Shown here: positions 35,401 through 50,400 of the stretch, piece by piece
How the letters are laid out: each line of letters opens with the position of its first letter
Numbering within the stretch: the stretch's first letter is position 1
Origin: Phoronis australis
Taxonomy: Eukaryota; Animalia; Phoronida
NCBI GenBank assembly: GCA_002633005.1
Contig: NMRA01000293.1
Span: 85,198 to 149,197 of the forward strand
Length of the DNA: 64,000 nt
Direction: 5' to 3'
The notes under the pieces: generated by a model
Told to the model about the DNA's origin: nothing
Databases searched by the model: none
What the model saw: only the letters and a program-made list of their open reading frames with translations
Translations under genes and position numbers: made by a program

Positions 35401-38400
35401 GTTAGGATGACTGTGGCACTAGTGCATTTAAATAGAGTTTTGACCACTTTTGTTACAGTTAGTAACAATTCCTGTGCTGCATACTAAATAGTCACCTTTT
35501 CACTTGAAACGAAATAGTCTATATATACTCTTGGGTAAAAAATATTGAATAGAGAAATACACCCTTTTGTCATGATCGGATGAATTTGAAAAGAACTACT
35601 GCAGTAATCTCCCCAGCCATCTTTACATCATTCTTTAAAAGAGCACGGGTTTGCGGTACACTCATGATAGACAATGACCGAAATCCTTCTGTTCTGCCAT
35701 ATTGTGTGATACAGTGAGTAATCACGCGCATTCAACCTGGTTGAAATGTATGGAACTCTTCTTCTATTTTAGGTGTTCTGTGTCCGGGGCAATGGAAGCA
35801 TGGGTGTTGTAGTGCGTGGTCCTGATGACAAGACGAATATAACGTTCAGGTAAGACCCTCTTTGAAATGCTTTAGTGGTTCCTCTCCGCCCAACCAACAC
35901 TTCGCTAGAATAGGTTTATTTTATTGGAGCATGGCCATTTTGATTTAATGCTGCGAATGTTTCGTATTTGTAAAGTCAGTCTTCACTACAGTTTGTTGTG
36001 TTTAGTTGACTAAAAACAAAAATCAAATTAGGCCTTTGACTCTCATAAAATCAGTCTCATAATATTCCTTAGGATTCTGTTTTCCACTACTATCTCAATT
36101 TGGTAACAGAAATAGCATCCTAACAGTAAGAAATATTACTAGACTAATTTTGTTTGAGTAAAAGACCTCATTTGATTTTCTTTTTTAGCCAGCTAAACAA
36201 CTTGCAAAAAACAGCTAAGTGAAAGAACTAACGAGTGATGTTACTAACATGGTGCCTCGTTAGTGTCAACCGTTTTCTAGACAATGTGTAGGTTTTTGAC
36301 CAAATGAATTGGTGCCATGACATTGGTTGGGCCATGAACAGTTTTTTGATAAATTTTTAGATCTTGCATTACTCTTAGTCTACCATTGCAGCTCCATTTT
36401 GAAGTTGGCAAATCTTGGCCAATGATATTACACCACGTTTTTGAATTTTTACAATTACAGTACATTTATTTAAACTCACATGCGTTGGACATGCCTAGTC
36501 AGAGTCGTACAAGGCTGTAGTTTGGTTGTTCTACTTTTTTCACTCAGTCTTTTAGATAAGTACTTGCATTTTGCCATACTCTTGTAAAATTTCTCGATCT
36601 GGTTGGATCCTAGTGCTAGTTTTACTGTACTTGTTTGCTTGCCTGGTCTAATTTTACGAAAACTTCCTAGGGGCTTGCGTAATATCTTTGTTAAATTTAA
36701 AATTCAAAACCGTATTCCACCCACTTACCCAATTTGTGCTCCATGTTAAGAAACAATTTTTATTACAAACTACATTTGTCCTGTAATACATTTTGTGTTC
36801 TTTTTATTTCAGAATGGAGGGCAGTGGTGAAGTGATTTCTATCAAATTCTCATACAATTTAAAAATTCTTGCCATACAAAGGTCCCAGAAGTCAGTGGTA
36901 AGGCTTTACTGAGTAGTATTTGAATGGTTTCTAGATTTTTTCCGCCTGTATCAAAATAGAGTTCTTTGTTGCTATAGTGTCATGTTTCTTGGTGCAAATT
37001 CTCACCAATAATTGCTAATTAAAATATCCCGTTTTCATTTTTCAAAGTCTCCTACCGCTGTGTGAATGCTCACAATTTCCCAAAACATTCTCAGTTGGTA
37101 GCTGTGGTACTCAAGTTGAATAAGGAAAATCATTGATTTGGTGGTGCACATCTTTCTCATGGAACTTTGAGAAAATAAAATATCACTCATCAGTTACATC
37201 GTGCCCTAAATTGTTAAGATTTTACCATTCTTCTCGTGTGGATGGCCAATTTGAGAAATTTTGTTTTCTTGGCTTGTTCACAGTTTCTTACGTTTGGTTG
37301 ATGGTCTGCTGGTATTATTTTAGCCTTTAATTTTTGCATAAATTCAGTGAAGACCTAGTCTTTTGGAGTGCGCATATTAATAGCAATATTTTACAATAAA
37401 TAAGGAATATTTCCTTTTAATTCAGTATGGGTTTAGTCTCATGGGGTGATTTGAAAGCAAATTATTTGATGAATCTTTTTTCAGGAATTCATGAATTTTT
37501 GTGATGGTAGTGATACATTGGAATATTCACAGACTTGTAAGGTATGCTAATGAAAAGTAATTTTACTATTCTTGTTGGTGTCATTTGACTTATGTCAAGT
37601 GACTTATAGTATGTTATGCATGTTATTGTTTAGTGATAGAAGGGCATAAACAGAATTATTGTTTAAATAGCAGTCTGTTGTTGCGATGGAATTTTTTAAA
37701 CATTTCGTATGGCGTATTTCATGTTGTACATGGACTGCAACTAAGATATTTCCATGTTACTTATTTTGTTTTTAATATGGAAAATTGGAATACAATACTT
37801 TTTCCCAAAGCACTGCTTTTGATTATAAAACTTTCAGTGTCAAACTGTTCTGTAGTATATTAGGAAATGACTTCTATTGTCAAACAGGCCATTCAAGGCA
37901 TTGGCTAGTCAAAGATTGTCAAAATGCCATAAAGTTCAACAAGTTTGACCAAGCCTTCAAATATTGTGCCCATCCTTATTAGTCGTGGTGATCTGTCAAT
38001 TTCCTGTAATGGTAGAAGTTATAGCTATCGTGGCAAGCACAAATTTTGAGACCAGTGGTCAGGAATTACTCGTCCTTTTTATTTCAAAGTTTTCATCTTT
38101 AAACCACAAACAAACTTACTGCTCTTTTAACATTCTTTTATGTTTTATATGTCATTTATTCACCAGGGTAAGACAACCAGTATTCTTGGCTACAACTGGA
38201 CGTCCATTAATGAACTAATATTCATCACAGATCACGGAGTGGAGTTATACCAGGTATGGCACTTGATATTTACTTTGAAAATTATTATAACACATTTTCC
38301 GCGAATCAGGCTTGGAATTTTCTTCTTTTAAGAGGATTTCCTCTTTTTTGGTTTCAATTTTCTCCTGTTTGTTATCCAGTTCCCTCGTTTTTCATCTGTT

Positions 38401-41400
38401 TTTTCATCTCTTTTTCATAATTATTTTGAGTTTATTAATGCAAAATATAATCTTATGTTTCTTGTAGCTAAATTTTACAATACAACAGTTATTTTTTTGC
38501 ATAAGCCTAGAATGATACATCACTAGGAGAAGTTTCCTCTCTTTTGTCATGGGTCATTCCAAGCCCCGTGACATATTGATACTGGCGTCACAAATACTTT
38601 GATTAAATTCTATATAGCATAAAACATGTCATTTCTCATTTCGGGTATAAAAGTACATTCCAGCCTTTTAAACCACCTTGCTACAATTCTGGTGTCCTAG
38701 ACTTGTCACATCCAAGTTAGAATAGACGACCACTCCTCCCCCCTTGTGACTAACAGTGACTTTACCAATTAAAACAGAAGTTAAAATTGACTGTTACTGT
38801 ACTTTGGAAGTGAATGTCTGATTTCAGGTGATTCCAGAGAAGAGAACTCTCAAGAGTTTGAAAACCATTAATGTCAGTGTTAACTGGTTTGTTTGGCTGG
38901 TGAGTAGCTATTGTTGGAGAATTTTCATGGTTTCTGAGAGGATATATATATGGAATAGGGCACTGAAAAACTTTTTCCAGGGAATTGATGAAATGTCTAC
39001 TTGTGTATTGCATGGGACACAATCTTATTAAAAATTAGGTAAGATCTCAGGGTAGTTTTGTGTGAAAATATTCTGTATACTTGCAAAAAAAAAATTCTCT
39101 CACAATAATGCAAATTATGGAACAGTAAAAAATCTGAATTAGGACTTCATAGTATGCAACGCAATATTTTGATAATGAAGTTTTTGTTAGATGATAGCAT
39201 TGTGGCAGCAAGTTTTGGCTAGAACATTGTACTGACAGAATACAATGGGAATAGAAATTTTAGAAATTCTGTATCGATTGTTGTACATTGCCAGTTCTGT
39301 ATCTTGATTTGACCAGATTAATTCAAGTCCGCATTGTCTCCTATTTTGCCCTATTTGTTCATAATGTCTCATTACTAACAATAGATGTCAGTGAAAATTT
39401 GTTTATTTCAGCCTGAGAGTGCGGTCTTACTGTTGTCCTCGGGAACTTACGGTAACATTCTTCACCCATTCCACTTTAGGGTGAGTTCAGTTAATAAGTA
39501 TTATGTTTAGGTGATATGTCTGTTAGCATAGTGATACCAATCATCACTGTATTGGATGATTCTTGTTTTGTCTAATTCATGTTTTCAGTGAGACTGATAC
39601 AGAACTTGTCCAGAAATCACCGAATAAGGAACTAGTTGGGACCAGTTTTGTAGTGGGAAGTAGACAGTCTAAATCACAAGCTGGAGTTTTTTAATGCAAG
39701 ACAGGTTTAAAACAATTTTAAAGAAGCATAGTGTGTGGTGATAAATATAATGGTGAAATATTTATTACTCATTAATTTCATTGTTATAACTGCCTTGACA
39801 ATTGTAGTTTCAGTCTGCCACAAAGTCTTAGATGTTGCACAAAACTGTCAGTTATTTCCTAGTGCGTGATTTTTTTGTTTTATGACTTGACAGTAATTTT
39901 GAATTGGAGAGAAAGCTTATTGCAAACAATGCTTCACTGATTGTCATTGATGCATATGATTGGTGTTTTCACTCTCAATTTGTTTGCATCAGTCATTGTA
40001 CTATTGCGCTCTGTGTTCCAGCCTGGCACTGTATTCAAACTTCCTAAGTTCGAGGTTGACTTACCAGTTCTTTCAAAACCACCCAAACTGTCGCTGTTTG
40101 AAAGGGATGTCACAATGGCCAACCTGTGAGTAATGCGATGATGTTTTAGTTAATTTGCATAAAGCTAATGATTTTATTAGTTTGTTAATGATTTTATTTT
40201 CTGATTTTCTGGTGTTGGTATAAAATTCTGTGATATTTTCTTTCACTGCTTGACCTTAACTGGCATTTTGCTGCTGTTTAATTTTCAATGTTGAATTCAG
40301 GCTTAAATGTTTTGGTGTTAAAAACATTACTACATTCATTCGATCTTGGCCAACCCCAATTATTGCTGAAGCATTTTCTTTGATGGTTTTGAGGTTTTTG
40401 TTGGTAACGGAAATAGTATCCAATTTTATGCGACTAAAAGGTCCAATTCATACAGCTTTCTTTTAGTTTAAAATCATTTACTATCTCTAGACATTTCTGT
40501 GCACTTTGTGTCTTATCACTGTATAAGGAATGTGCCTCCATCGTAACTTAAAGATTTTAGTGACTTGTAGTTACAGAGTCCAGCTATCAGTGAATGATTT
40601 GTTTTCTTCGGAAGTTCGAACAAATCTTTGCAACAACCACGAATAGTGCCCTGTGAGGTCATCACAGTTATATAGTCCTCAGCACAAATTAAGCTACGGC
40701 TGGAATTTGCTGTTAGGATGCTTATTGCCATGGTGACTGACTGGTAGCACAATATGTACGTGTCTCTGAGGAATGTTTATGTCTGATGACTAGGGAATAA
40801 ATTTAGTTCCATGACTAAACACTAGGTGGAGGATTGTGGCACTATCTTGTTTTTATTTGTTTTAGTTCTCTTTTTTCAGATACGGTCAGCTTTATGTAGT
40901 TGTGCTGAAACATCAGTCACGAACAGCTGGACAAAGTCCTGGCGCAGAGATAGTTCTCTACCAGCTTAACAAGTGGGTGTTTTGTCTTCTGTAGTCCTTT
41001 GTCTAAACTGGCCACATTTTGAAACATAGCTGGTGATATTCACAGCAGCTGTTCTTTGTTTATTGTGCAATCAATGTGATTTGGTGGCAGAGTAACTGAC
41101 TCACAATCAAAAGACTTTTAAAGCCTGGAGACCATACTGCCCTTGAGCAAAGAATTCCAGCCTCTTGTTCCTTTATAACTTGATTTGTTTTTTGTTTATG
41201 CTGATGGTCATTATTGTAACCATTGTCACACATCTCAAGTATTTCATTTAACTTTATACTTCCATGTGTCATAAGTTTTATACTTCAATGTGTCGTTAGT
41301 TGTTTGTGCCGTGTGGAAATCAGTGTTGCTCTCTGATGAAGTTATCCTCTTTAAATTAAAACACTTAATGATGAAAAGCGCCGCTCTTTGTGCTTAGTTA

Positions 41401-44400
41401 AGATTACGAGTAACTCTATAAAAATAATATTTTGCTCAAATCCGAACATGGCATGTCAGCAATGGCTAATCAGACTCAAAGGAAATTTTCAGGTACCAGC
41501 CCATGAGGGTAAATGCATTGCTCTTAAAAATTGTTCTTAAAGTGTTGCGTAAGGTAGTATGAAAAACAGTTAGTAATGATTTTTATGCGCCCACATATTT
41601 ATAATTTATGTGGGTACATTATGCTGTCATCCCTGTCAGTCTGTTCGTCCGGCGTCCGCTTATCTATCTCCAAATTCATTGATGTATGTTCATGAAATTT
41701 TGCTCATGTGGTTCTTTCCAGGATGGGATGCCATGCGTTAATTTTTGCACGGATCCAACAAACGCTGTGCCCCCTAGTGGCAATTTCATTTGTTCCTGTT
41801 TTCCTCTTTTTCTTTGAAGTTCCTTGACGGATTTTTATGAAATTTGGTAAATAGCTCTCTGTTAAAGAAACAATTACATGTTCCCATTTTTGGATAGATT
41901 TGACATATTTTGCACCATCTAGTGGCCATTTTTACTGTTTCTAGTCTGTTTTTGGCATATGCCCCTCTATCAACTAAACCACTCTAAGGATGTGATGGAA
42001 AAGGTTTTTCATTCCTTTGCGATGATATGATGTTAAATGGCTTAATCATGTACTAAAAAGCATAAAGTCTGGTACTCGAGAAAGGTCACAGAGGCTGTCT
42101 ACATTTGAACCAGATGACCCAATATGAACAGGTATCAAGGGTTACAGCTCCCAGTGGTGTACAACCTCATTCTAAAACCAGGTCAACCTGACGCAGGAAA
42201 TGCAGTCAGTGAACAATACCCTTAGAGAGAGGGTGGAAATGTCCGACTCACCAGACTTTTATGCCTTTTTATTAGTAAGTGATCTAGCCATTTTATATCA
42301 CTCTCAGAATGAGTTTGAAAATTGGTCTTTATGTTTCTACTGTGAAGGGTGCTGTTGATGATGATTTTCGGATGACAGGGACTACTATAGTTCCTGCTAA
42401 TGACAGTTTTGTGCTTCTATGACTTTATCTCCCAAACCCTCTGCAGGATATTAATTAAATTTGGCAAGTATATGAAGTTGATTACGGACTACGACGACAT
42501 TTAGACGGATCCGACTGCTGCTGTGCCCGCCTAGTGGGTGAATTTTTTTCTTTTGTCTTCTGTATCTTTGAAACTCCTTGTTGGAGTTTTATGAAATTTA
42601 ATAAATACTAGGTTTCTATTACAGAGATGATGACAGGTTCCCATTTTTTGATAGATTCAATGTACAGCAGCCGTTTTAAATTTATTATCTTGAAATTTTG
42701 CAGATAGGTTTCTATTAAGGAGACGCGACACCTCATTTTCGGACGGATTTGACGTGTTCTGCGCCATTTTAAAATTTTTAGTATGCTTTTAACATCACCC
42801 ACTCCATCCACCAAACCGCTTGAAGGATGATTATTAAAATTTGGAGATGTGTTCCTGATGAGAACCGAGGCCGACATTGGTTTTCGGATGTGTTCGACTA
42901 CTCTGGCATCCCCTAGTGGCATTTTATTTTTTGTTGCATCCACAGCTGTATCTCCTTAACCCTAACGCAAGATCTTTGTGAAATTTAGCAGTTGTGTTTG
43001 TATGGAGATGGCAACGAGTTTCAGACCAATCTGATTACAGCTGCTGTGCTCCCTAGTGGCAATTTTATTTTTTAAGTTTGCCTTTGTAACTTCAGAGTTC
43101 CATGATGTTTTGTTTGTTTTTGTCGTCTGGTTCTGTGTCTGCTAAACTGCGCAGAGGATTATTATGAAATTTGGCGGTTGTGTTCCTACTGACAAGAGCA
43201 TGACTGACGTGGGTTTTCAAATGGGTCCAGCAACTGTGGTGAGATTTTTGCATCTACGGCTGTATCTCCTAAACCTTGTGCAAGATGTTTTTGAAATTTT
43301 GCAATTGTATTCCTATTAAGTTGATAGCGATTGGACGCATTTGTTTTTTTACATTTGCTTTTGTACCTTTAGAGTTCTTTGATGGATTTTCATGAAATTT
43401 GGCAAATAGTTTTGAGAGACCACACCTTCCCATTTTTGGATGGGGTCAGTGTATTCTGTGCCATCTAATGGTAATTTTTATGATACAAATAAACACCCCT
43501 AGAAGCAACACTGTTTGTGATGCAGTTGTGAGTGCATTTCAACACCCCGTGTTGCTCTTGATATTAAAACATGAATAAAAAATTGTGTAAAACAAAAACA
43601 GAAATTAATTTAGAAAACTGCGATAGCTTAATTTTAATATTATCTCTTGAATAATTGTATCAACATCAATTTTGATATGTTATTGATAACAACCACTGAT
43701 TTTAGGAGAACGTAACTTTACTTTTTCCAAATTTCATTGTTCAGTTGACTCTCCTAGTGGTTCAGATATCCATTCAGTGCCAGATACCCGCTCAGCGGCA
43801 AATAGGCACAAAGTCCACCTTTAATTCTATACATTTTCAGCTTTCAGAAAAATAGTACATTTTTACTGATTTAAACTCTATAGCTGTGTAGAGGTGTACA
43901 GAGCTGTTGATAAGGTTACTCAAAACCTTAATGATCACAATGAACATAGATTACTTTCAAACTATCTTTTACAGCAATTCATGGTGCAATAATACTACAT
44001 GCTTGTTTCAGAGATGTTCCAGCTAAAAAGACGTATGTGCTCAAACTTGACATGAGTGGTCGGTTCGCCATCAATATAATTGACAACCTGATTGTAGTCC
44101 ATCATCAGTCATCCAAGGTGAAATGTGGAAAGAAGTGTCAGTTACACTCTTCTAATAGAAGGAAGTCACGAGCAGCTGTAAACTTCCCCCCCCCCTCTCC
44201 TTTGGCTGCTAGATAAACTATACAATTGCTCCATACTCATGTGACTAATAATTTCTGGTCTGCGGAAGGGCTACCACCTCAGTAGTACTTGAGACCTTTG
44301 CAAAAAGGACCCATTGTGATAATCCAGCTTATGATTTGTTTATTTTTTGAGGGAAGGCGATTTTATAAAATAATGTTTTAACTGTCACAAACAACAGTAT

Positions 44401-47400
44401 CTCAAAAGCATTTCAGGACAATAGAGAATTAACGGACTTTCTTTGCATGTTTGACTTTCATGTGCACATCAACATAATTATGTGGGTACATTGCCGTCCT
44501 CACTGTGTTTGCTGAATCTCCTGAACCCATTGCAGGATCCTCATGAATCATGAAAGCTCACGACGAAGGATGATGACTTTCAGCCAGATCTGACTACTGT
44601 TGTGCACCCAAATGACACTTTTGACTTTTTACATTTGATTCTGCATCTACCAAGTTACTTGAGACTTATTTCTATAAAATTTGACAAATAGGTTTCAGTT
44701 TAGACGATAACGACATGTTTGTAATTTTGGACGGATTTTATGCATTCGTCATTTCTAGTATTTTGGCGATGTCTCCTGTTGAGGAGAGCATGATTGACTT
44801 TGATTTTCAGACGAACCCATATGGCAATTTGTTTCTTTTGGGAGGGCTACCTCGTTGTTTTATCAAGTTCCTTAATCAATCTTCACAAAGTCAGGAATTT
44901 GTGTTCCTATTAAGGAGAGCACAGCTGAGATGTTGATCTGACTACTGTGGTGCTCCGTTACGGCAATTTGTGTTTCCTTCTCAATATCTACCAACTTCTT
45001 ACCAGGTGGATCATCATGAAATTTGGCACACATTTTCTTTTTTAGTAAAACATGGTAACTGTTGATATTTGGAGAGATCTGACTACTGTGGCACCATCTA
45101 GTTGCAAATTGTTACGGCGTCTGCCTGAATATATAAACATTTTTCGACAGATCTTCATGAAATTCGACCTAATGTGTGTTCTTAATAGGAGAGTACAAAT
45201 AGTGTGTTTCTGATGTAAAATGTGCATTTCTCTGGTTTTTTCTTTCAAGATTTTTACTTAGATTTATGATTCCTTTACTTGAATACAGCAGCTGTTGTAA
45301 CATTTTTCAGGCCTAAAACTGAATACTTCAATGTCTCCATGCATTTTCAGACCTCACTCCTGTATGACATCAAAAGTGAAGCTGTCACGGATGGTCAGTG
45401 TTGCTATCACACTCCTGTTGTAGATGCTCAACCAATACAGAATACATTCTACTATTCTTCATCAGGTTTGTGTAATAGGAGTCAGTGTTTATTTAAAGCC
45501 AGTGAATACATTAGCATCACTGAACACATTAACATTCAATGAACACATTTAAAACGTCTGTGAACACATTAACATCAGTGAACACATTAACGTCATCGTC
45601 ATTGAACACATTAGTATCAGTGAACACATTAATGTCTGTGAACACATTAAGGTCCGTGAACACATTAGTATCAGTGAATACATTAACGTCAATGAACACA
45701 TTAACGTCAGTGTCAGTGAACACATTTAGTATCAGTGAACACATTAGCGTCAGTGAACACATTAACGTCAGTGAACTCATTAACGTCAGTGAACACATTA
45801 TCGTCATTGAACATAACTTCAGTGAACACAATCAGCATCAGTGAATACATTAACAGATTCAGTGAACACATTCTGTGGTTACCAATATCAGTGAAAACTT
45901 TGTGAAACATGTTGACTTCCTGCGAACAACTTTTATTGGATTTCTATGATAAGCGTTTTTAAGTTCCATGAATGAACTGTAAGTGTGATATTAAGCATTT
46001 TGCTTCAGTTATCCACAAATTAAAACTAATTGAAAATATAAATTTACCTAATGTGTATAAGGCTAGAATGGTTATTAGACACAGTATGTCTCTTGTCTCA
46101 AATGCTACTCTTTGATAGGCTTAAGTCTAATTGCAGCATTATTTGGATTGTGTGTTAGATATCACTTTTTTATTGAGGATGTGATTCAGCCAAGATTCAA
46201 CATTTGAATGTGTTTAACCAAACTCCAGTCGGTGACCACTGTGGTCATACCACAAGACTTAAACTCTAAGTGTTGCGTGGCTGTCAGTCACATGGTGTAG
46301 CGTGTAGACAGTTTTGCTCCTTGCGTTCATGGCTTTGTATGGTACATTATCACAAATGGTCTTTTGAGTTGTTGTGATTTCCTGGTACACCATCAACCTT
46401 CCTCTTCTGTGTTTATGTCAGAATGCAAACTTACATAAGTCTGTATCGTTTTCCAGTATCCAGCAGGTCGCTACAGTTATCTGGACAACATGAGGCTAAA
46501 GTAGCCTGTGAATTGTGTATCCTTTTCATGCCTAGATGGGATTTGTTGTACCTGGAGTTAGTTATTTTTGCCTTTCGACCTTTGATGGCTAGTTTTTAGC
46601 TTTTCCCCACATCCACTGATGAAATGTAAACTGCAATTTGTTGAGGTTGAAATGTTCAACTATTTTTAAATGCAAGCAAAATAACCCAACTATTGTGCAG
46701 TGCAGATGTAATGGCAAGAAGTAAGCATCAAGTGGTAGGACCTGTAACAAAGAAAAGATTAAACTTGAATCTATGAACATTGACTTTAGACCTACTTATG
46801 AGCATTGACTGTATACTTGAACTGAAGTGTTGTGCATTTTTGTTAATTGCATTCCATTTGTAAATTGTTGACATTTTTCGTACATCTTGTCTGATCATTA
46901 AGTTTAACTTTTATAATAGTGGATATCTTGACATCAAATCGGGTTCTGCATGAATGCTTTTTAGTGCTTTGTTTTAGTGTTAGCATAGTATTCTGTAACA
47001 ACATGCAAATGTGTCTTAAACAGCTGATATCTTCCCTCACTGAACAAACAATAGATTCTCCAAATTGGATAGTCTTTCAACCAAACATTATCATCGATGC
47101 AAAGTTGGGTTTTATGTGGTATGTCAACATCGATCTCTGGCCTATTGTGACAAAGTTCAACAACAAGGTGAGAATGTTACTTTTCAATTGGCATTATTAT
47201 AATGAATGTGATGAGGAACTATAAAGTTTCATTACCTCTTGTCTCCATGTTAACTCTTTTGAGTCATTAGTTACCATACTTAGACCCATCACCCTTTATT
47301 CGAAATAAATATTCTACACATACAGGTCTTGTGCTTAACCTTCAGTATTTCTATTAAATTTGCATGTTTCAAACTGGCTGTTTTTCTTGAATGTATTTTT

Positions 47401-50400
47401 GTCCATTCCCAGCGCCTTACAATTTGTACTAAACTAATATTGATGTCGTTTTTACAGGTTTTTACTGAATAAGTCAAGTGTAACTCGCTTAATATTTAAC
47501 ATTAGCCCCTTGGTTTTACTCAATTGTTCCACATACAGCCACTTGTACTCAGCTTTACATTCACATGACGATTGTGTCTAATTTTGCATGTTTTCCAAGC
47601 TTTACATTGAACGCATGGGTTTAAATACACTCGTACAATAGCATTGTTATTATTTTTATTTAACTGTGGCATATTAAAAGATTGTGCACTCCTTGTCATT
47701 TACAGTGCACACTTATTGAGTTTTTGCTGAGGAGAAAGGACTCCAAAATGGTGATATTAGATCAGTGCAAAGCCATGTTGACACCCACTAGTCAGCAGGA
47801 TCTACGGACTATAGCCCAAGTCTTTGATAGACTGAATCATTCTTACAAACAGTACCAGGACTATGAAGCTGCCTTAACCCAAGTAAGACAGTGGGGGAAG
47901 TATGAGAGTTGTACTGAGTCATGGTAGATTTTTATTAAGTGAGACTGCGAGTGCAGGCTAGTGTGACTATTACATTGGAACACGTTTTTCAATTGACCTT
48001 GTCATGGTTAGAGTTGGTGGGGTATCTGTAATGATTTGTGGCGCACCTGTGTTCCTAGTAAAGTGAAACCAGCCAATGAAAGTAGAGTAAATACAGCTAC
48101 ATTTCTAGCCAACAGATGGTGAGAAAAAGTGTATTTTACAATTCTCTAACTGTAAAAACATTATAGATAATGTTGATTTGGTTTGATTTTGAGCTTGTCA
48201 AAAGAATTATTCCTTGAAACACACTAGTTTAATATGGTTGTACTATGGATCAAATGGATTTCATTGGCAGTATTTTGGCGTGTTAAACTGTCACAAACTT
48301 GTTTTTATCTCAGCTTCAAGTTGTAGATGTTGAGCCATAGAAATTATGTGCAGCCTCCTTTTAAAGTAAACTTACAGCTTGCGTGATGTCATGTGGTGAT
48401 CATTCTGCCTATTGTCCATTATCACGTGCGCAGTATATAGTGAAATTATTGAATGTACTTAATTGCCAATAAATACATTGTATATTTGGTTCATCTGTTG
48501 TCCACCTTATAAACACACTGGATAAGTTGCCAGCTGGATTATTTAATATGAAATTCCTGCACTAATTTTTTCTTGTTCAACAGATACATTGACGGAAGGG
48601 TGAATTTTAATTAACTTACTCAGTGTCTCTCAAAATAATAAATAAAAGTCTTACTTATGTTTTAATTTTATGCAACATTCTTAACATTGCTTCGTTTCAG
48701 TCAGTGGATGGCCAAGCTTCACGAGGTGATAGCATAATTAGGAAAACGCAGGTATTGGTCGACCAGTCAGATATGTACACTCACGTGTTCTCTGTCTTTG
48801 AGGATAACAAGGTTAGTCAATCATGAACTTCATGTTGAGCCATTAAATTTATGTGTAGATTTATACATTGTTAGTAAAAAGACCTGACAGGTTTATAGTT
48901 TTCCATTCCTGACCATAAATGTGGACAATGAAAATTTTGTATTCAGCAAAATCAGTAAAGACTTCATTTATTCAGCGCAAAGTAGCTAAGTATTTCTTAT
49001 CGGGTCTTCAAATCTGTGAAGAAATGTCTAAATGAGCTTATTTGCATTCATGAAGTATGCAATGTCTTTTGATAGTTTTAGCTAAATAAAGCCAGCTTGT
49101 TCACAGATTATGTATTTTAGGACCATTTCTCAGTTTTGTAAGGAAATTGAAGTTTCATTAAAATCCTGATTGTTTGTCTGTTTGTTCCACTGCAGTTTGG
49201 TTGTAAATCCATCTTCAGTTTAAAATTGAATTGAAACATTTGGTTTAACGAGTAATCATTATTAACAAAATCTAATTTTACACTCAGCATCAATGCAGTG
49301 AGTGAGAGATAGACACTTTATTTTGATTTTGAGGTTATAGCAACTGTTTCGTGTGCTCTGTGTATTATTCACCTGTATGATTTATTGCAGGATATCAAGC
49401 CTAAGTTCATGGTGGCAGTACTTATTGAGTATATCCGCTCACTCAGTGAACGAGACATAGCTGTTCAGGTAAAAATTAAGTGTACTAGCTAATCTGACTA
49501 AAATAGAGCTCACCCTGACATGTCACAGTTCAAGTAACATGAATTGATTAATTCTGCTTAATACAACTCAGGCTAACTACCACATCATTTATTTGGAACT
49601 AATGACTCCACATTGTTGTCATGTAAAATTTAAACTGTTTTGATACCAATTCTGTGCCAAGAAGATTTGATTCCTTCCCAGAATTCCTCACAAGCTACCA
49701 TGAGATATGGGCAATCACTTTAGAAGACTAGTCTTGCAAGGGAAAGCACATCATTTTCCTCTTGCAAGATTTTTTCCATCATTACAGAGTCTGAGATTAC
49801 ACTCCATTTGGGTGTAATTTTTGTTTCTTATTATTTTTATTTAAACTGTGGACTTCTTATCCGTTTCTTATAGCCTTTTTTGCCCATTCTGGGGCTAGGG
49901 CCTCTAGGGGCTGCAGGTCTCCTTTGCCAACTGGGCTGTATGTATCTTTGACCACTGGCATCTCTGAACAACCAGTTGACTGGTATCAAGGTAGCCATTC
50001 TTAAAGCCAAGGAGAGGATCAATGTTCTTAATATTATTGAAGGTGTATTGTCATGTCAGTTGGTACAATATATTTCACAGGATGCTATTTCAAAAGACTT
50101 CACCAGAAAAGTGTACTCGTTCAAACTTCATCTTTAATGCTTCAAAGAAAGGACGGTCCTCTTGGATTTGAGTACTATGCATGAACAACTTGGCCATTGG
50201 CTAGTGTTGCATCTTTGTCCAGTAGATAGCACGGTGATTGTGAAATATTATGGTGATAATACAGTTGTATTGCATTCACGTATTGTGTCGTATGTGACGT
50301 TGTTCATCCCATTTGTCACACCTGTGTTCCAGCATTACCTTTACGAGCTAGTCATCAATACTTTGGTGCAGAATAACTGTTTCTATCAGCTACACCAGTT

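Noticed and set aside
45529-45910. Repetitive ORFs on both strands (SVNTL / NVFTD)
   Set aside because: Intronic 18-bp minisatellite, open only because the unit is a multiple of 3
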